Assembly: GCA_030141605.1 (NCBI GenBank)
Contig: JAQGDQ010000207.1
Span: 325,501 to 389,500 of the forward strand
Reading direction: 5' to 3'
DNA length: 64,000 nucleotides
Source: Tubiluchus corallicola
Lineage: Eukaryota > Animalia > Priapulida
The position numbers and the translations under genes are program-made. Shown piece by piece: positions 23,801 to 36,742 of this stretch (its first letter is position 1; each line of letters opens with the position of its first letter). The notes below the pieces were generated by a model that was not told where the DNA came from, did no database searches, and saw nothing but the letters and a program-made list of their open reading frames with translations.

Positions 23801-26800
23801 TAGCTCTGTGTGTGTACCAGTTATTGAAGAAACAAAACGTCACAATAATAATAATAATAATAAATAAATAAATAAATAAATAAAAACCATGGGCAAATGA
23901 AGAAGATCCTGCTGTTCAATAAAATCTTAATTACATGGTTTTCATTAGTGCTCCTAGCATACCTAATTACTGCTTAATTAATAAAAACCCTCAAAGTGAA
24001 ATGTTCAAATATAAATGGATTTTACTGTAAATCGTATAAAGCAGATGGCTGTTTTCAAAGTTTTATTTAAAAAAATTGACTATTGCCAAAGAGAAACTTG
24101 GAATTTTCACAATAGAATGAAATTTTTCATATTAATACTAACAGGGCTGCACCACAAAGGCAAAGAGCAAAATTACACATAAACAGTAATAATAACATTT
24201 GCTATTAGTAACATGAATAACCACGGGCTGTGCAGGCAACTTATTAATCTGTCAGACTCAATTGCCAGCATATAAGCTATTTTGCCGATTTAATCCTTAT
24301 TCACTACCTGGCAGTTAATTATTAATCATGGCAAATTGTTTACTTTTAGCAGGTGTTTATACATCTGGCGTGCTATATGTATGCTAGCTAGACAAATAAT
24401 ACATTAAAGCAAAAATGCCAGAGCAGTGCAAATACTAATTAATGTGACTGTGTAATATGTATCAACTGACATAGTATGTATGATTCTGATATTTGTAATT
24501 TTTAATAGTAATTTGTAATTTATCATCAACTACAGCATATAATTTTACACTACAATATGCATTATTGTCTTATAACTATTATGTGCTATAACTAGGAAAA
24601 AATCAAATACAGTTACGATAATTGTAACAGAACAACACTAATATACTATTAAGTGCTATAGCTAGAGAAAAAAATTCAAATATAGTTACAATAACAGAAC
24701 TGCATTAATATAGTTACTAACTACATAATAGTTTATCCACCAGAAATATATGTTGCATAGTGGTCGAGAAGCAAAGCTTGTGAAACTAGCATGAAAAGTG
24801 GAGAAAACTGATTAGTTAACAAGAAAAAGAATTTATAGGAAAACAGAGAATAGTAAAGATAAAGTAATAGAATAAAGATGGAGGAAAACTGATTTTCTAC
24901 GACATCTGCAAATATAAATAAATCTGCAGTAACAGTGAAATCAGCAACGAATAAGCATGAATCATTTTGTGTATAGAATCCAATTGAGTCAAATAATTTT
25001 AGCAAGCTGTAGTAAATTTCAACAAGATCCGGAAAACAGTCTCAAATGTGCTAAATGTAGAACTAGAATGTTTAGAACAAAGAAGGGAAAAGGCTTATAC
25101 CAAACGCATCACTAAACTAATTAAATCTGAATCTGCACTATTGCCAAAATTGCATTATTCAAATAGAAGAGGCTACCAGTTCATCCTGCAAAAAGTGAGA
25201 ACAAGTAGATATAAAATAGTTTTATACCATCAGCTGCAGCTGTGTTAAAATCGTAATGTGTTAACACTTTAAAGTAAGAATTTGTGACCATTTGAGTATT
25301 TCGTCTAGAACTGGCAAAAAATTAATGTACAAAACAATTCAATTCCTTTAACTTTATTTTCAAACACTTGGGTATTCGTTACTGTATCAATTTCTTTTCT
25401 TCAGTTCTGCTTAATCATTACCTATTTGGCTTTTGTAAACACATAATTAGTGCTTAAGTTACTGTATCAATTTCTTTACTGGTCTGTTCATTCATTGCTT
25501 AATCATTACCTATTTGGCTTTTGTAAACACATAATTAGTGCTTAAGTTACTGTATCAATTTCTTTACTGGTCTGTTCATTCATTATCTATTTGGCTTCTG
25601 TTAACTACTTAATTAGTGCATAATAGGCTCTGCCTATATAAACTGGTTGTATGTTTGTAAATTTACCACTGATGATGACAGCAGCAGCATGTCGAAAACT
25701 TTGGCATGATTTTAATGTTTTACTGTAAAGATTTTAATAAAGTTGTGTTGTTTTTAACTACAAATGTTTTTAAGTGCCTGTAACAAAAATTGACATGTCT
25801 GTATATGTTAATATCGTGTGTGATGTTCAAATTAATTTTATTGCAACACTGAAGCGCATTTTTATGCTTTAAAGTGTAATAAATAAAACTGAAATTTTAA
25901 ATTTTAAATGTTTATATTTTATAGAGATATATTCAAATTTATTTGCGAGAAATTTAAAATAGAAATGAGAAACTAGCTAGCAATAATTTTAAGCTGAGAT
26001 TATTAATATTTAGTGAAGTTGAATTTTGTTCACATCATAAAACTATTGCCAAACACAAAAGTCAATCAATGAAAAAAGTATTCAAACTAAAATAAGCGAC
26101 ATAGTTGCATACAAAAGTTACATAGTTATATAGTTTTTTCGCTCTTTTCTTATGAGTTCGTCTATATATGTTTATATATTTGTTTATATGTTTATTTTGT
26201 CATTGGTTTGTCTATCTATCAATCCACCTTTGTGTATTTCGATGGACCATTTCTTACTTGGTTCATCCATCCACTGTTACTTGAGTTTTTTAAATTTTTT
26301 TGTACTTATATGATTTGCATGCACATTCACAAATGCAAAACCAAATCAAAATTTTGAAGAGCGGTGTTAGGGAAGCATTAGGAATGTACTGTCATTAATA
26401 CTCCATGAAACAATACGTAAGAATCATTAAAACTTACTATAGCTCTTAGCCTCTTTCGTCGAAAAAGTTCAGATTTTGTATAGCTATGCCTAGACTAACT
26501 GAGAATGTTAGCACTAATAATAATTGAATTGGAAGAAACGAGAACTGTTGTTCATTTACCATACAAACATCCATAGCACACAACAACATTTTAAAGTCGC
26601 CATTGTCTTTTCCAAATTACATACTAAAGGAAGCCATACAAAAAGGATACTCTTGCTGAGAATGTTAGTACTAATAATAAGTGAATTGCAAGGAACCAAG
26701 AAACTGTTCATTTATTATACAAACATCCATGGCATGCAACAACATATTAAAGGTGCTATTTGTGTCTTCTAGGAAGCCAGACAAATTCATAGCCAATCAA

Positions 26801-29800
26801 TATTCTTGTCCCTATATTACAGACATGCGCACAAGAGTTACTTTCTTTTAAATTGACAGTCTATCTGCAGTTCACTAATTATAACACTAAATATAGTAAT
26901 AATTAGCAGAACTATAGTTATAACATAGCCTGTAATCTATAAACTGAATCAAGGTAACTGTGCGTCAGTGGCACAACGATCGAGGCAGTGATGAGACTGC
27001 TGATCAGAATGGGTTCACCACAGTTCCCAACCTGTTTTGAGAATGTTCTCAGTGCGAAATAAAGAAGCAAGAGCAGAACATTTTAAGCGTCGTCTGGGCA
27101 TTTTGTTTAAAAATTTTCAGCCTTACTGTATAGTTTAACAACTAATTATGTGCCAAGACATGTAAACAATAGTCATTTCACTATACTGCTAAAAGCTGAT
27201 ACTGCAGTGCATGCAAAGTACAAAAACAATGAAGACAACTGACTGTGGGTGATTCATACAGTTCTTGCATGTATTAATGTCACTTATTATTTAATTAGTT
27301 TATGCAAATATGCACAAAGTGCACGTAGTTTTTACAATTACAAAATAATACAATATAAAATAAAATCAAAAATTAATGATTCATTAAGTAATAACGATTA
27401 AATCATCAATTAAAAGTTTCAAGCTTCAAATTTCAAGTTTATTGTTATTACACTGGATATAAACTTACGCTGAGTTTGTGTGAAAAATGCGCATAAATAT
27501 GGCCAATTACTAATGATACTGTCACATTTTGCCAAGACCACCTCGAACTGATGAAGCCCATATAAAAAACACATTGCAACTATTTTAGGATAAAACAGTT
27601 CAAATTTTACGATGACTAAAGTTTATGAAGATATTTCTTTATAAGACCACGAGGTTGCTGATGGAATAAACGTATCTTCATATCTGGATGTTTTAACTTT
27701 GGTTAATATAAACTGATAGCACGATGATCAGAATAACAACGATCTGGAAACAAACCAGTAAACAAAAACCTACCCAGATGTCAAAAACCTCGTTAGTTAT
27801 GGACTTAAAATTTATGATCAACTAAAAAGAAGTAGTTTTTTCCAGCTAACAATTATACAAACATAAATGAAAACAAAAACATAATTATGTTGAGTCAGCA
27901 AGACAAGTTAAATTATCTCACCTCCAGTAGCAGCAGATTGTATATCAACATTTAGATGCTGAGCCATGTACCCTAGGGTAGCAAATGCGGACACACCCAC
28001 AATGATGTTAGTAATCATGTCTGCTAGAACTATACCACTGGCATACCTAAAATGAACCAACAAATATAAAAACAGCAAATTTAAGATGAGTAATTCTCAC
28101 AGAAAAAGCATGTCACCATCATCATCATCATCATCACCATCGCCGCCACCACCACCATCATCCTCATCATTATCATCACCATCATCATCATCGCCATCAT
28201 CATCATCACCATCATCATCTCCACCACCACCATCATCATTATCCTGATCATCATCATCATATGCCCATTATGTCTATTGTAGACACTGGACAGGTAGAAC
28301 TATGAAAGAAATTTTCTCTCAAGACCGGTAAACACAGTAGTTATCCAGCAAAAAACTAAACACAGCTATGCGAAAGGCTTGACAGCACCATTTGTAAGTA
28401 AAATGCATGTCACATCTCTAATAAGATAATTTACTCAAACAAATCAAACTTACTTATAAATGTTGCTGTCATAGTGTTGGTAACTTGAAAGAAGAATGCG
28501 ACAACCGTAGCTGAGACACAAAGAATGAAGAAGTGCAGCAGTCGCATGTAACCAAACCTACAAATAAAGAAAGACAGTGAATTTGTATACATGTAGATTA
28601 TACAGAATTAGACAACAACCAAAAAAAATGTTGACTATAGAGTAGGATATGTTATAAGCATAAAGACGTAATAAAATTGTTAATAAAAGACATCCAAAAC
28701 CAAATTACAAACTTGTGCTGTATGACATCATTTGTAATTAAATTTGTCCTTGAGTTCTGCGGTCATGCCGTCGTTGGCAAATATCAATAAACAAAATGCT
28801 TAATATACCAGTTTTTAAGCCAGTTTCCATTTTAATTAGTAAACAATATAAACGTTTTCTCATTCCATTAAAAATGGTCTCTCATTTAAAAATATTTAAT
28901 GTATTATTATAACATCATTGTGTTCTTTTTTAATATGAATTTTGAATGCTGTTCTTGGAACCAGCTACTGACACCAAGAAAACCAAAAACTTTGTGCCAC
29001 CTGATATGTAAATTAATTATGGTTATGGACCACATTTCCTCTCAAGATATAAAATTCAATAAAGATCAATAAATCAGCAGCATCAACATAAACAGTAGCA
29101 ACGAAATTAGCATTGGTGGCTTACAGCAACAACTCCATTGCAATGGAAGCAATAATAAGACCGGTGCCAGTTCCTATACTCCACGATCTACAAATCCAAG
29201 TACTTTCACAGCAAGCTACATGGAGCAATATTGCAAGAATTTGAAATCTTACCGCAGGATCTGCCAGATTATCTAAACTTGGCACAAAGAAGTACACCAA
29301 ACCATTGGCTGCACCAGGAAGAGTGACACTTCTGGCTACTAGAGCCACAAACAACAGGTATGGAAATATCGTAATAATATACACATACTGCAACAAGAAA
29401 ATAGCAACAGACATAAACAAATAATGTCTTGCTTTGTTGAATCAAAAATTTCCATAAGGGTATAAAAATTTTCTAATAGTGACTGTACTTTTGCAGCTCC
29501 ACGAGAATGGAATTAACTTCCGTTTAGCTTGCGTTCAATTACTGATTTTAACTGTTTTAGAATCTTTTTATTGCATCGTTTAATTAGTTCAAGTCTTAAA
29601 GCCTATTTTTACTATATCATTTAATTAGTTGCCTTGTGAATTTTCATTGTATGCTTATATTTTATAGCAAATCATTCATGATGTAGACCTGTTTTATAGC
29701 ACATCCGATAACTATAATTGTAAATTTAAGCACCTTATAAATAAATTAACATTTATCATTTATCATTAAATACTCATCAATTTAAGGCAATGAGCCAAAG

Positions 29801-32800
29801 ATATTAGATGGCAAAGGATATGATCCCTGACATTCACTGACAACTGAATGGAGTGCACCAACTTGCAGCCATTAAAAATATACCATAAAAACCAAAAAAA
29901 CACACAATTTCAGCAAAATAAGATAAGTTTTGTGTAGGAAAAATTTATAGTCCATTTTTGGTTCATCCTTTTGTTATGCAGCACTGCTTTGTTGTTTCTG
30001 ATTTGTGTTGTTACACATGATAAGTTCTTTTAATCTAACTGTGGTATTTCTTGTTTAGAATTCTTCACATTTTGATTTCATTTCAACAGGGTGCATTATG
30101 CTTCAAAAACAGTTAAGTTAGTATCAGTCGACAAAAAGCAGCAGCTCAGTAAAAAACTTAGTCCATGTATATAAGAAGAGCAGATATATTTACTTTTCTT
30201 GAATACATGGCTAATTTCAAAAAATGGGTTTGCTGAAAACGTAATAACGATCAATTTGCATATGATGATATATTTCAGATCTCAACAGGTCATACCGCGT
30301 ACATTTTTGCAGTGTTACAATTTGTAATTAGCACTATCATAATTTTAGGGCAATTTTAATAAAGTTTACCAACTATTGGTCCAAACATCATCAGCTTATT
30401 TGAGCTCAAGGGTTTTCGTGGACCACAGGACCAAGAGTATGTTCATGTTTTATGATTTTTACTCATCTATATATAACTTCTTCATGTTAGATACCATACC
30501 ACTGTATTCTTTTTTGCCTTTACTCATCTAGGAGGTAAATTTCTTATTCACCTTTCAAGAAAGACGTTTTTATACTGTTTAACAATAAGTGGTATGCTGC
30601 ATGCTTTTTGAGGATATACTTTGTCTTTCAAATTATTTTGATAAATGCGTTACTCTTGCTCCACAATCTGCTGTTAAGACTGTTATCATCATACACAAAA
30701 ATGATGCAAGCGAAGTAATTGATGTGGACATTCACCTACCTTTCCCCTTTGCCTTATCCCCTTCCAGACAGTAAAATAAATTATGATCCAAGGAAATACC
30801 AGGACGAGAGCATCTGTCCATTGAACATTACCAACAGTAACAAACTCGAATATATTCGCAACTCTCCTCCTACATGAGAAATAATTCAAAAATTATAAGT
30901 TATACATTTGGAATTCATATCATAAGCCAGGTGATATACAAAAACTGACCTTCGCCTTGAAGCACAACTTGTTTGTGAAAGGTCAAGTATTTCACACATA
31001 GGAGATTATTCTCTTGCTATAGCCAGTGCCTATTACGCAGGTCGACTGTTTTCAGAATAAACATAACAAACCACTGTTATGATTCAGCCCTCTTTAGCAG
31101 GTTTGTAAGGACTAGTCAGCCATATGGGCTTAACGCACCACAAACGATTTATAATAACTAAGGCTTTTTCTTTTGAAGAGAAATGTGGTGTTCTTTTGCT
31201 GAGGTACCCTTAATGTGATTATTTGCATGAAAAATACATCAAGTTTTAGAGAAGCAGACTAGTCAAAACACCAAATAGTAAAACACTATTTTGCTACAGA
31301 AATATTAACAAAACGTTTTACTAAACGATAATTTGTGAACATACCAACCCATGCAAAATTCACAGAAGTTTTACAAATTACAAGAAACTGACCGATCATA
31401 ATAATGAAATAAAAGAAGTTAATCATTCCTTCAGATGCCGAAAACTAAATTATTAAAAACTTGAAAATCCTTGACATACAAAAAATCATTAACCCTAGGC
31501 CACTTAAAATATTTCATGGTACATGTGAATACTGGCAATGGGATGAAATCGCACCCCATTCATTAAATATAGAAGAAACGATAAGGCATCATTTCGGTTG
31601 TTCACTAGACCTATGTTATGTCCTTTATTATTTTACAGTGTTAGTGAAAGCTGCATAAAGCATACACATGAAAAATTGTAAAAAATTAGCAGAAGACGTG
31701 TTTACATTCAGCCAGTTATATCATATAACCATTTTTGGGCTCCAATGCCTAATACAGCATTTTTTTCTTAACAGTGGTAAATTTCAAGGCCGGTTGACAA
31801 GCAGTACAAAAATATTTAGTATTTGTTTACTTTCTTATTTTTACCTACAAACAATGGAGAAAGTCAATACAATGGCAATATCAGTGGATCCAAGGAAAGT
31901 GATATCATAATGCAAGTGATGTGTAAGAAATCAAATGACATCTACTTATAACAGACATAATCATTCAAACGCAGAATAAGACGTGCACTGGAGGCTACAT
32001 GGCAACATGATTTAACTAAACAAAACACTTCGTGTGTTTTTGTACCCAATTCCTAGTGGGTGAGGGCTAAATACTGACAGCAAGTACAAATGGTTACATA
32101 AAGAAATCACATGCATTACATGGTTCTTGTTCACAGAATATGCATACAGACTTGTAAATAATCTTGGATTCTTTACATTAATGGGCTCGTGTAATACTCT
32201 TATTAAGGAAACTCTTTTTACGGAAAATAGCATCAAGTTTAAAAATCAGGAAGTACATTAAAGCATACTCAAAAAACTCTGTCGTAGAATGCACCAAGCT
32301 AACGTTTCCCAAAACTGACTCAGTTGAGTTCTGTGACAAATCTGTCAAGTTCTCATTCCGGACACACTGTGCAGTATTCCATGCGTTGCTACACACAGAC
32401 CAAGGCATAACACTGTGTAAACATTTAACTGTATAGTAGACGCCCCACGCCATGATGACACCATAGTACGAAGCAAGGATGAAAGCTATGATGGTTGAAG
32501 CTAAACCAACACCTGAAAAAAGGTTTTTTTACAAAGTAGTTTAATAATCTTCAAAACAAAATCTGGCATTATTAAACATATCTAAACAGGAATATTTTCT
32601 CTAAGTATCAACTAGCATCTTCACTTCAGTATATAAAACAGTCATTCTAAATTATAGTAAGTCCTTGCTTAATTACTCCTCGCTTGGCAACGTTTCATTT
32701 TAACGACGCTGAGCATTTGCTACCTTTTCTCTCTTAATGACGCACATTTCATTTCAACGACAATTTTTTTAGTTTGCACAAAGTCATTTTTTATTTGCTC

Positions 32801-35800
32801 AACAAATCTTTTACCATATTTCAAGAATATACAGTGTACATACTATGTTATTCTATTCTAAAAACGCACTAGTAATATAAAACAGTATAATTATTATATG
32901 CTTTTGCTGCCCGACTGACTACTAAATGCTAGCCGTTTGAACGAGATCTATTTGCGAAGACGCCTGCAGGCACCTGAGTGCATACTTTATGTGAAATAAT
33001 TTTGCCCACAACCTGTTCCTATAGCAACCAGACTGAGTATCTAGATGAAATTTTCTCAAGGTCGCCCCATCACCTGAGTTTCACTCTGCAGTACTTAACC
33101 GCTAAGTACGTGGGGCTTAAAACTTGCTAAAAAGAAACCGTTAACTGGACATTGGTAAGAAAGATCATTCGTTTCAAGTAAGCAGAAAGAAATTAATCAC
33201 CAAAAATGTGAATAAAAGTCATAAAACATTTAAATTATATATTTAAAACAGCATTGATTTTTGCCTCTGGAACGTATCTTAACTCTTTTACATTGATTTC
33301 TATGGAAATCTTGGCTTAGTTTAACGATGTTTCACTTAACGTCACATTTTGCTGGAACGCACTAGCGTCGTTAAGCAATGACTCACTGTAACTAAAATCT
33401 TGAGTTTAAATCTGCTTTAAAGTCAAGCTAAACCCTCACTATAATATAAGCTTTTACAATCTCATTAGGAATATTCGGTTTATTTTATTAATCACTCACT
33501 GTTTCTTTTGATTTTTATCATTTCGTTGTTAGTGGTATCAAATTTTTCGTTGCGCGAGACGAATGACGTAATGAGTGCAGTCACGATGTCACCAAAGATC
33601 GATAAACAAACATCAGTAACCAAAGACACTTTCTGTACCTCGTACGTCATTCTCGCTCCCTCGTGCCAAAGACGCGAAACATGGCGATCTTTACCGCAAT
33701 ACACGTGTTTGAAATTTACCAGAAAAAGGTAAGTTATTTAATTTATAAGTTTCTTTAGAGTAAAAATGACTATGAGTTCTTTATGAAATCATAATAATGC
33801 ATTAGAAGAACTTAAATGTCTGTTATAATTATAAAGGCCTTAAAAACTTAATACTCTGATTGTCATTTGTAATTATAAGAAGTTGTAAGATTAGGCAAAG
33901 GAAAGTTTTTAACAAAAATTAAAATCTCACAGGAGAGTCCAAAGCCCGGGCTTGATAGATGTTTGTTAAACACACGAATGATCCAAAGACTACTATCTTA
34001 AGACTCGTATTAAAACAGGCTTGTGTCAGAATGCCCTGAATGTATATTTCTTGAAGAATACGGCTTAGTGAATGCTACTCTTTGGACTCTTAGGCGAAAA
34101 TCGTAATTAACAGTAAGCATTTGTATGCATATAAATAGTAAAAAGTATAAAGAAAAAGACTCCTAATCATAAGGCACCTTCAAATCAAATGCATTACATA
34201 AGTTCTTGACAATGACAATAGTATGTAATGACTAACTCAGTTACTCTTAGAGGAAGTGCCAAAAATGCTATGTTTCTGAAAAATGTTAGAAGGATTTAGT
34301 AATAAAAGTGTGATTCATGCCTCATGTAATTAGTAAAATCACTTTAAAGTCGTGACCATTTCACGCTTGGATACACCCACTTTGAATGCCCAATTTTCCA
34401 CCAATGATATCGTTCATTGGCTGAAGGAAAGCAGCGCACTGTCAATTTCCGTCAAAAGTATAGTACGTTTAAAAGAAAATTAGGCGGCTAACTTTGTGAT
34501 ATTTTTCCATAAACACTACACGAGTTGCAGGAGTTTTAATTAGTTTAAGCAATGCACCCTTATGAAAAGTCGCGAAATCCACCAGTTGTGTCAAAACTTT
34601 CAAAGTAAATGGAGGCTACCACAGTGCCGGAAAAATTCTACACGGCATTACTATAAAATAAATTTATGGTTTATAGACACAGTTTTTACAAATTTTTTTG
34701 TTATATTTTTCAGTGATAACAGTAAAATAAAACCCAACATGCTAAGTGACTTGTCATTTCCTTTAAGCTCTAGTCAATTTACCTTTGAAAATTGGTGCAA
34801 CCTTCTCCATAGCATGAACAGGTCCCAACCGAGTGTACTGACCAAGAGACATCTCAAGTACCAACAATGGATAACCAACCAGAAAAAGTAAAATAACATA
34901 AACCAGTAAAAATGAACCTGCAACAAAAATAATTAAAACCTTTCAGTTGCTATGAATTTAGAATGTAGTTAATATTATGAATATTTACAAACATGTTGGA
35001 AATGACATACCTATCTGCATTATACCGAAGTCGTAATTATTGTTTCGATGCATTTTACACAAAAATTCAAGTTTGATTTGGCAAATATCATGTGGAGCAA
35101 AAATATGCCAAAGTTCTAATTACGATATTGTAGAAAGAAAACAACAGAACATCTTAAAAATTATCACACTGATGTTGCCTACGCTTATGTATAAATAAAC
35201 GAAATTTAACAACTTTAAGTTATGACCTTACATTATGCCAACAATACATGTTTTAAATCAACAAACTAAAAACATTAACGCTGGAAAGAATTTCGTATGT
35301 CACTGTTGTTAAAATTTACACAGCAAATTGCTCAATGCGTCCATCATTTTCAAAGCAAACTAGCCATGAATGTGTTTCTTCCAACAGCTGACCAAGACAT
35401 ACCAGAATTAAAAACTGGTACTGCTTATTCTTTGACCCAGCACGCACGTTTTCCGAAATAACATGCAAGTAATAATAATTGCGACTGCCTTGGAAATAAG
35501 TATTGAGTTACTTAAGGTGTTATTCCTGGATTATGTCCTAAACGAAATTATTATTATATCTGTTGCCAACTGTCAACAGTTTTTGTCTTTAGTACCTCTG
35601 TATCAAATGGCTCTGTACAGCCACCATACAGTTTCCCTTTAAGGGAAATTCCAGATGATACAGCCCAGAGGATTAATTCGCATTTTTCAAGACAACAAAC
35701 CTTTATGAGTGTATTATTTTCTATGGTGAAGATCACAATGTAAATTGTTTGACTTCTTTATTCTTTAGCTGACACATTCTTTTATTGATAATTAGCTAAC

Positions 35801-36742
35801 ATTTATCAGGCATTTATTTTTTAACAGACAAAAGCATTTCAGCTATAGTTTAAAACCAAGCCCTACTAAAGCATTGAGCTTGCAACTTTCACAACCAAAA
35901 ACTAATGCATTATAAAACCACATTGTTAAATTTCCACATTGTAGAGCATTTGCTTCTAATACTATTTAGTCAGAATTTTAGGCGGATTTTTTCTGTGCCA
36001 CCCGATATAAGGAAAAAAGTAAAAATTTCATACACAAACCTCCGTGACTCTTATGACACAAGTACGGAAACCTCCAGATATTTGCAAGTCCAAAAGCGTA
36101 CATTATGCAGATCAACATGAACATGTACCAACTGTTAGAGTCTTTCTGCAGAGTTCTGGCCAAGATCACATGCTCCAAGTTCTCGTCCACGTCATCCATC
36201 GTAGTGAGGCGACGTAGCAATGGTGTAGCCAAATCGCACAATGGCTGACCACTCTGTTGAACTGCAAAATTCAGCTTCCAATTTGCCGTGTCATCCATTT
36301 CTGAGGTGTCGGCCAACGAATCACCAATGCTTCCCTCGGACGTATAAAGATCGTCAAACACGGCACGCTGCTTCAATGCCAATTGATGAGCAGCAGAAAC
36401 ACAGGAGGCGTTATTGCTGTTCGTATTTGTTTCAGGATGCAAAACTGACACTTTCTTACTATGCAAAGTTGATGCTGAAAGTGCTGCATGATTTTCAGCT
36501 ACCAACTCGTTGTTAACAATGGGAACATCTTTGTTTCCAAATGAAGCACTTTGATCAGGTTGCAAAGATTGTGACGCACAAAATGATGCACCTGGAGAAG
36601 GTATTGGACTCTCTGTGTCTACCAAATGCGATCGGCCCTTACGACGGCCATTGCGTTTGCTCCCACATTTGCCTTGAAGTCTATTTTGCAGTCTGTAATC
36701 TAACTGCAGATAGTTGGTTTTCCCGTGTATAGCATCTGTCAT
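10849..36742 (-). CDS. SLC6 (neurotransmitter:sodium symporter) family transporter, inebriated-like, divergent, ~986 aa
   Basis: Exons on the minus strand: 36742-36040, 34917-34783, 32512-32269, 30869-30740, 29387-29253, 28557-28454, 28046-27922, 18456-18344, 16681-16541, 15692-15593, 14673-14573, 14127-13927, 13582-13445, 11439-10849. All are GT-AG; the total is 2961 nt in frame. Motifs: GLANIWRFPYLC, LEMSLGQYT..GP, PWSVCSNAWNT, TLPGA.NGL.YFF.P, LGYMA, GPG, GGVY. Exon sizes 135/104/125/113/100/101 are typical of SLC6 genes. WIKRHLVYHE resembles Drosophila Ine as I recall it. Confidence 0.9.
16750..17040. mobile_element. Second, more decayed inverted pair of the Penelope-like/hammerhead repeat
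   Basis: 16750-16860 matches 6730-6840. The minus-strand motif at 16849-16815 reads CGC-GTGAATA-T-GACA ttaac TGTC-GAAA-CTTT-GCA. 16960-17040 matches 6996-7058 and is truncated at TGC-ATGAA. Confidence 0.6.
17640..18200 (+). mobile_element. L2/CR1-group LINE ORF2 3' fragment (decayed)
   Basis: QIGKIRHTL...FITSKLDYCSSLLFGLP...KLQLIQNS...YEHITPILKELQWLPI followed by stops and frameshifts; typical of the LINE RT C-terminal region. Confidence 0.8.
19635..19822. repeat. Degenerate (CAT/CAC)n trinucleotide repeat
   Basis: CATCATCAT, CACCAC and GTTGTT runs; these explain the spurious low-complexity ORFs here. Confidence 0.8.
20774..20846. repeat. (CA)/(GT)/(TA)n microsatellite upstream of the GPCR
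   Basis: Read directly from the sequence. Confidence 0.9.
21309..22361 (+). CDS. Intronless class A (rhodopsin-like) orphan GPCR, 350 aa, nested antisense in an SLC6 intron
   Basis: Single ORF with seven hydrophobic segments and N-terminal N-glycosylation sequons (NFT, NET, NGT). Class A motifs: TM1 SNSLV, TM2 SLSATDFL, TM3 C3.25 and TIERYIAVAHPF, TM6 CCTPF, TM7 NSFVNVIVY, helix 8 EFQKAFRKLL. Confidence 0.92.
   Translation: MIMSPTARYYLLFNFTNETVNWEYENGTTTEYFQSQTLKSSRIVMIVTRIIYVLIALTIIWSNSLVLIAVARFHQVQKHLRNWFIASLSATDFLTGIYLCVAPYVLTFIPDPPKVLCLSLYTVHNMNITQTANSLLFVTIERYIAVAHPFLYMSVVKPKSIKFIIVISWIEASIIGGAVWIHNSWFVNSFCVYEAVISKQSLYLMDAHLLVSMTAMCGIYAKMYLIARRHYHSVAAADAQDTGMKSNLHLAKVYFLITGLYIICCTPFLVISLVVLETKFENHYQWVRRIGYFMLYSNSFVNVIVYASRLGEFQKAFRKLLSPWRSTDVLRSANGSLRSHNRNITTEGEV
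23056..23453. mobile_element. hAT-like non-autonomous element (decayed)
   Basis: CAGTAGCAGA...GGGGGGGG start and ...GCATGCCGCTG end, with GC-rich subterminal blocks around an AT-rich core. Confidence 0.4.
25040..25250 (+). mobile_element. LINE ORF2 extreme 3' fragment
   Basis: LECLEQRRE...LLP...KVRTSRYK resembles the LINE RT C-terminal tail. Confidence 0.45.
25378..25770 (+). mobile_element. Penelope-like pseudo-LTR remnant with three tandem 80-88-bp units, TATA box, hammerhead motif and AATAAA
   Basis: Units begin GTTACTGTATCAATTTC at 25378, 25458 and 25546. TATATAAA is at ~25635, the hammerhead motif at 25666-25704, and AATAAA at ~25736. Confidence 0.6.
25666..25704 (+). ncRNA. Minimal type I hammerhead-ribozyme-like motif (canonical C3-G8 core)
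   Basis: CCA-CTGATGA-T-GACA gcagcagca TGTC-GAAA-ACTT-TGG: stem I CCA/TGG, 4-bp stem II, near-palindromic stem III. Confidence 0.65.
26497..26770. repeat. Diverged tandem duplication (~155-bp period)
   Basis: CTGAGAATGTTAG.ACTAATAATAA.TGAATTG...TACAAACATCCAT.GCA..CAACAACAT.TTAAAG occurs at ~26499 and ~26656. Confidence 0.75.
28114..28261. repeat. (CAT/CAC)n microsatellite in an SLC6 intron
   Basis: Read directly from the sequence. Confidence 0.9.
29475..29750 (+). mobile_element. L2-like LINE 3' end remnant
   Basis: FAAPREWN.LPFSLRSI followed by an AT-rich tail and AATAAA. Confidence 0.5.
32655..33388. mobile_element. Tc1/mariner (Tigger/pogo-like) MITE
   Basis: Left end TAGTAAGTCCTTGCTTAA versus right-end reverse complement CAGTGAGTCATTGCTTAA, flanked by TA on both sides, with subterminal TTAACGAC repeats. 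Confidence 0.75.

Noticed and set aside
27548-27575. CTGATGAAGCCC hammerhead half-core
   Set aside because: No complementary stem II strand or GAAA follows.
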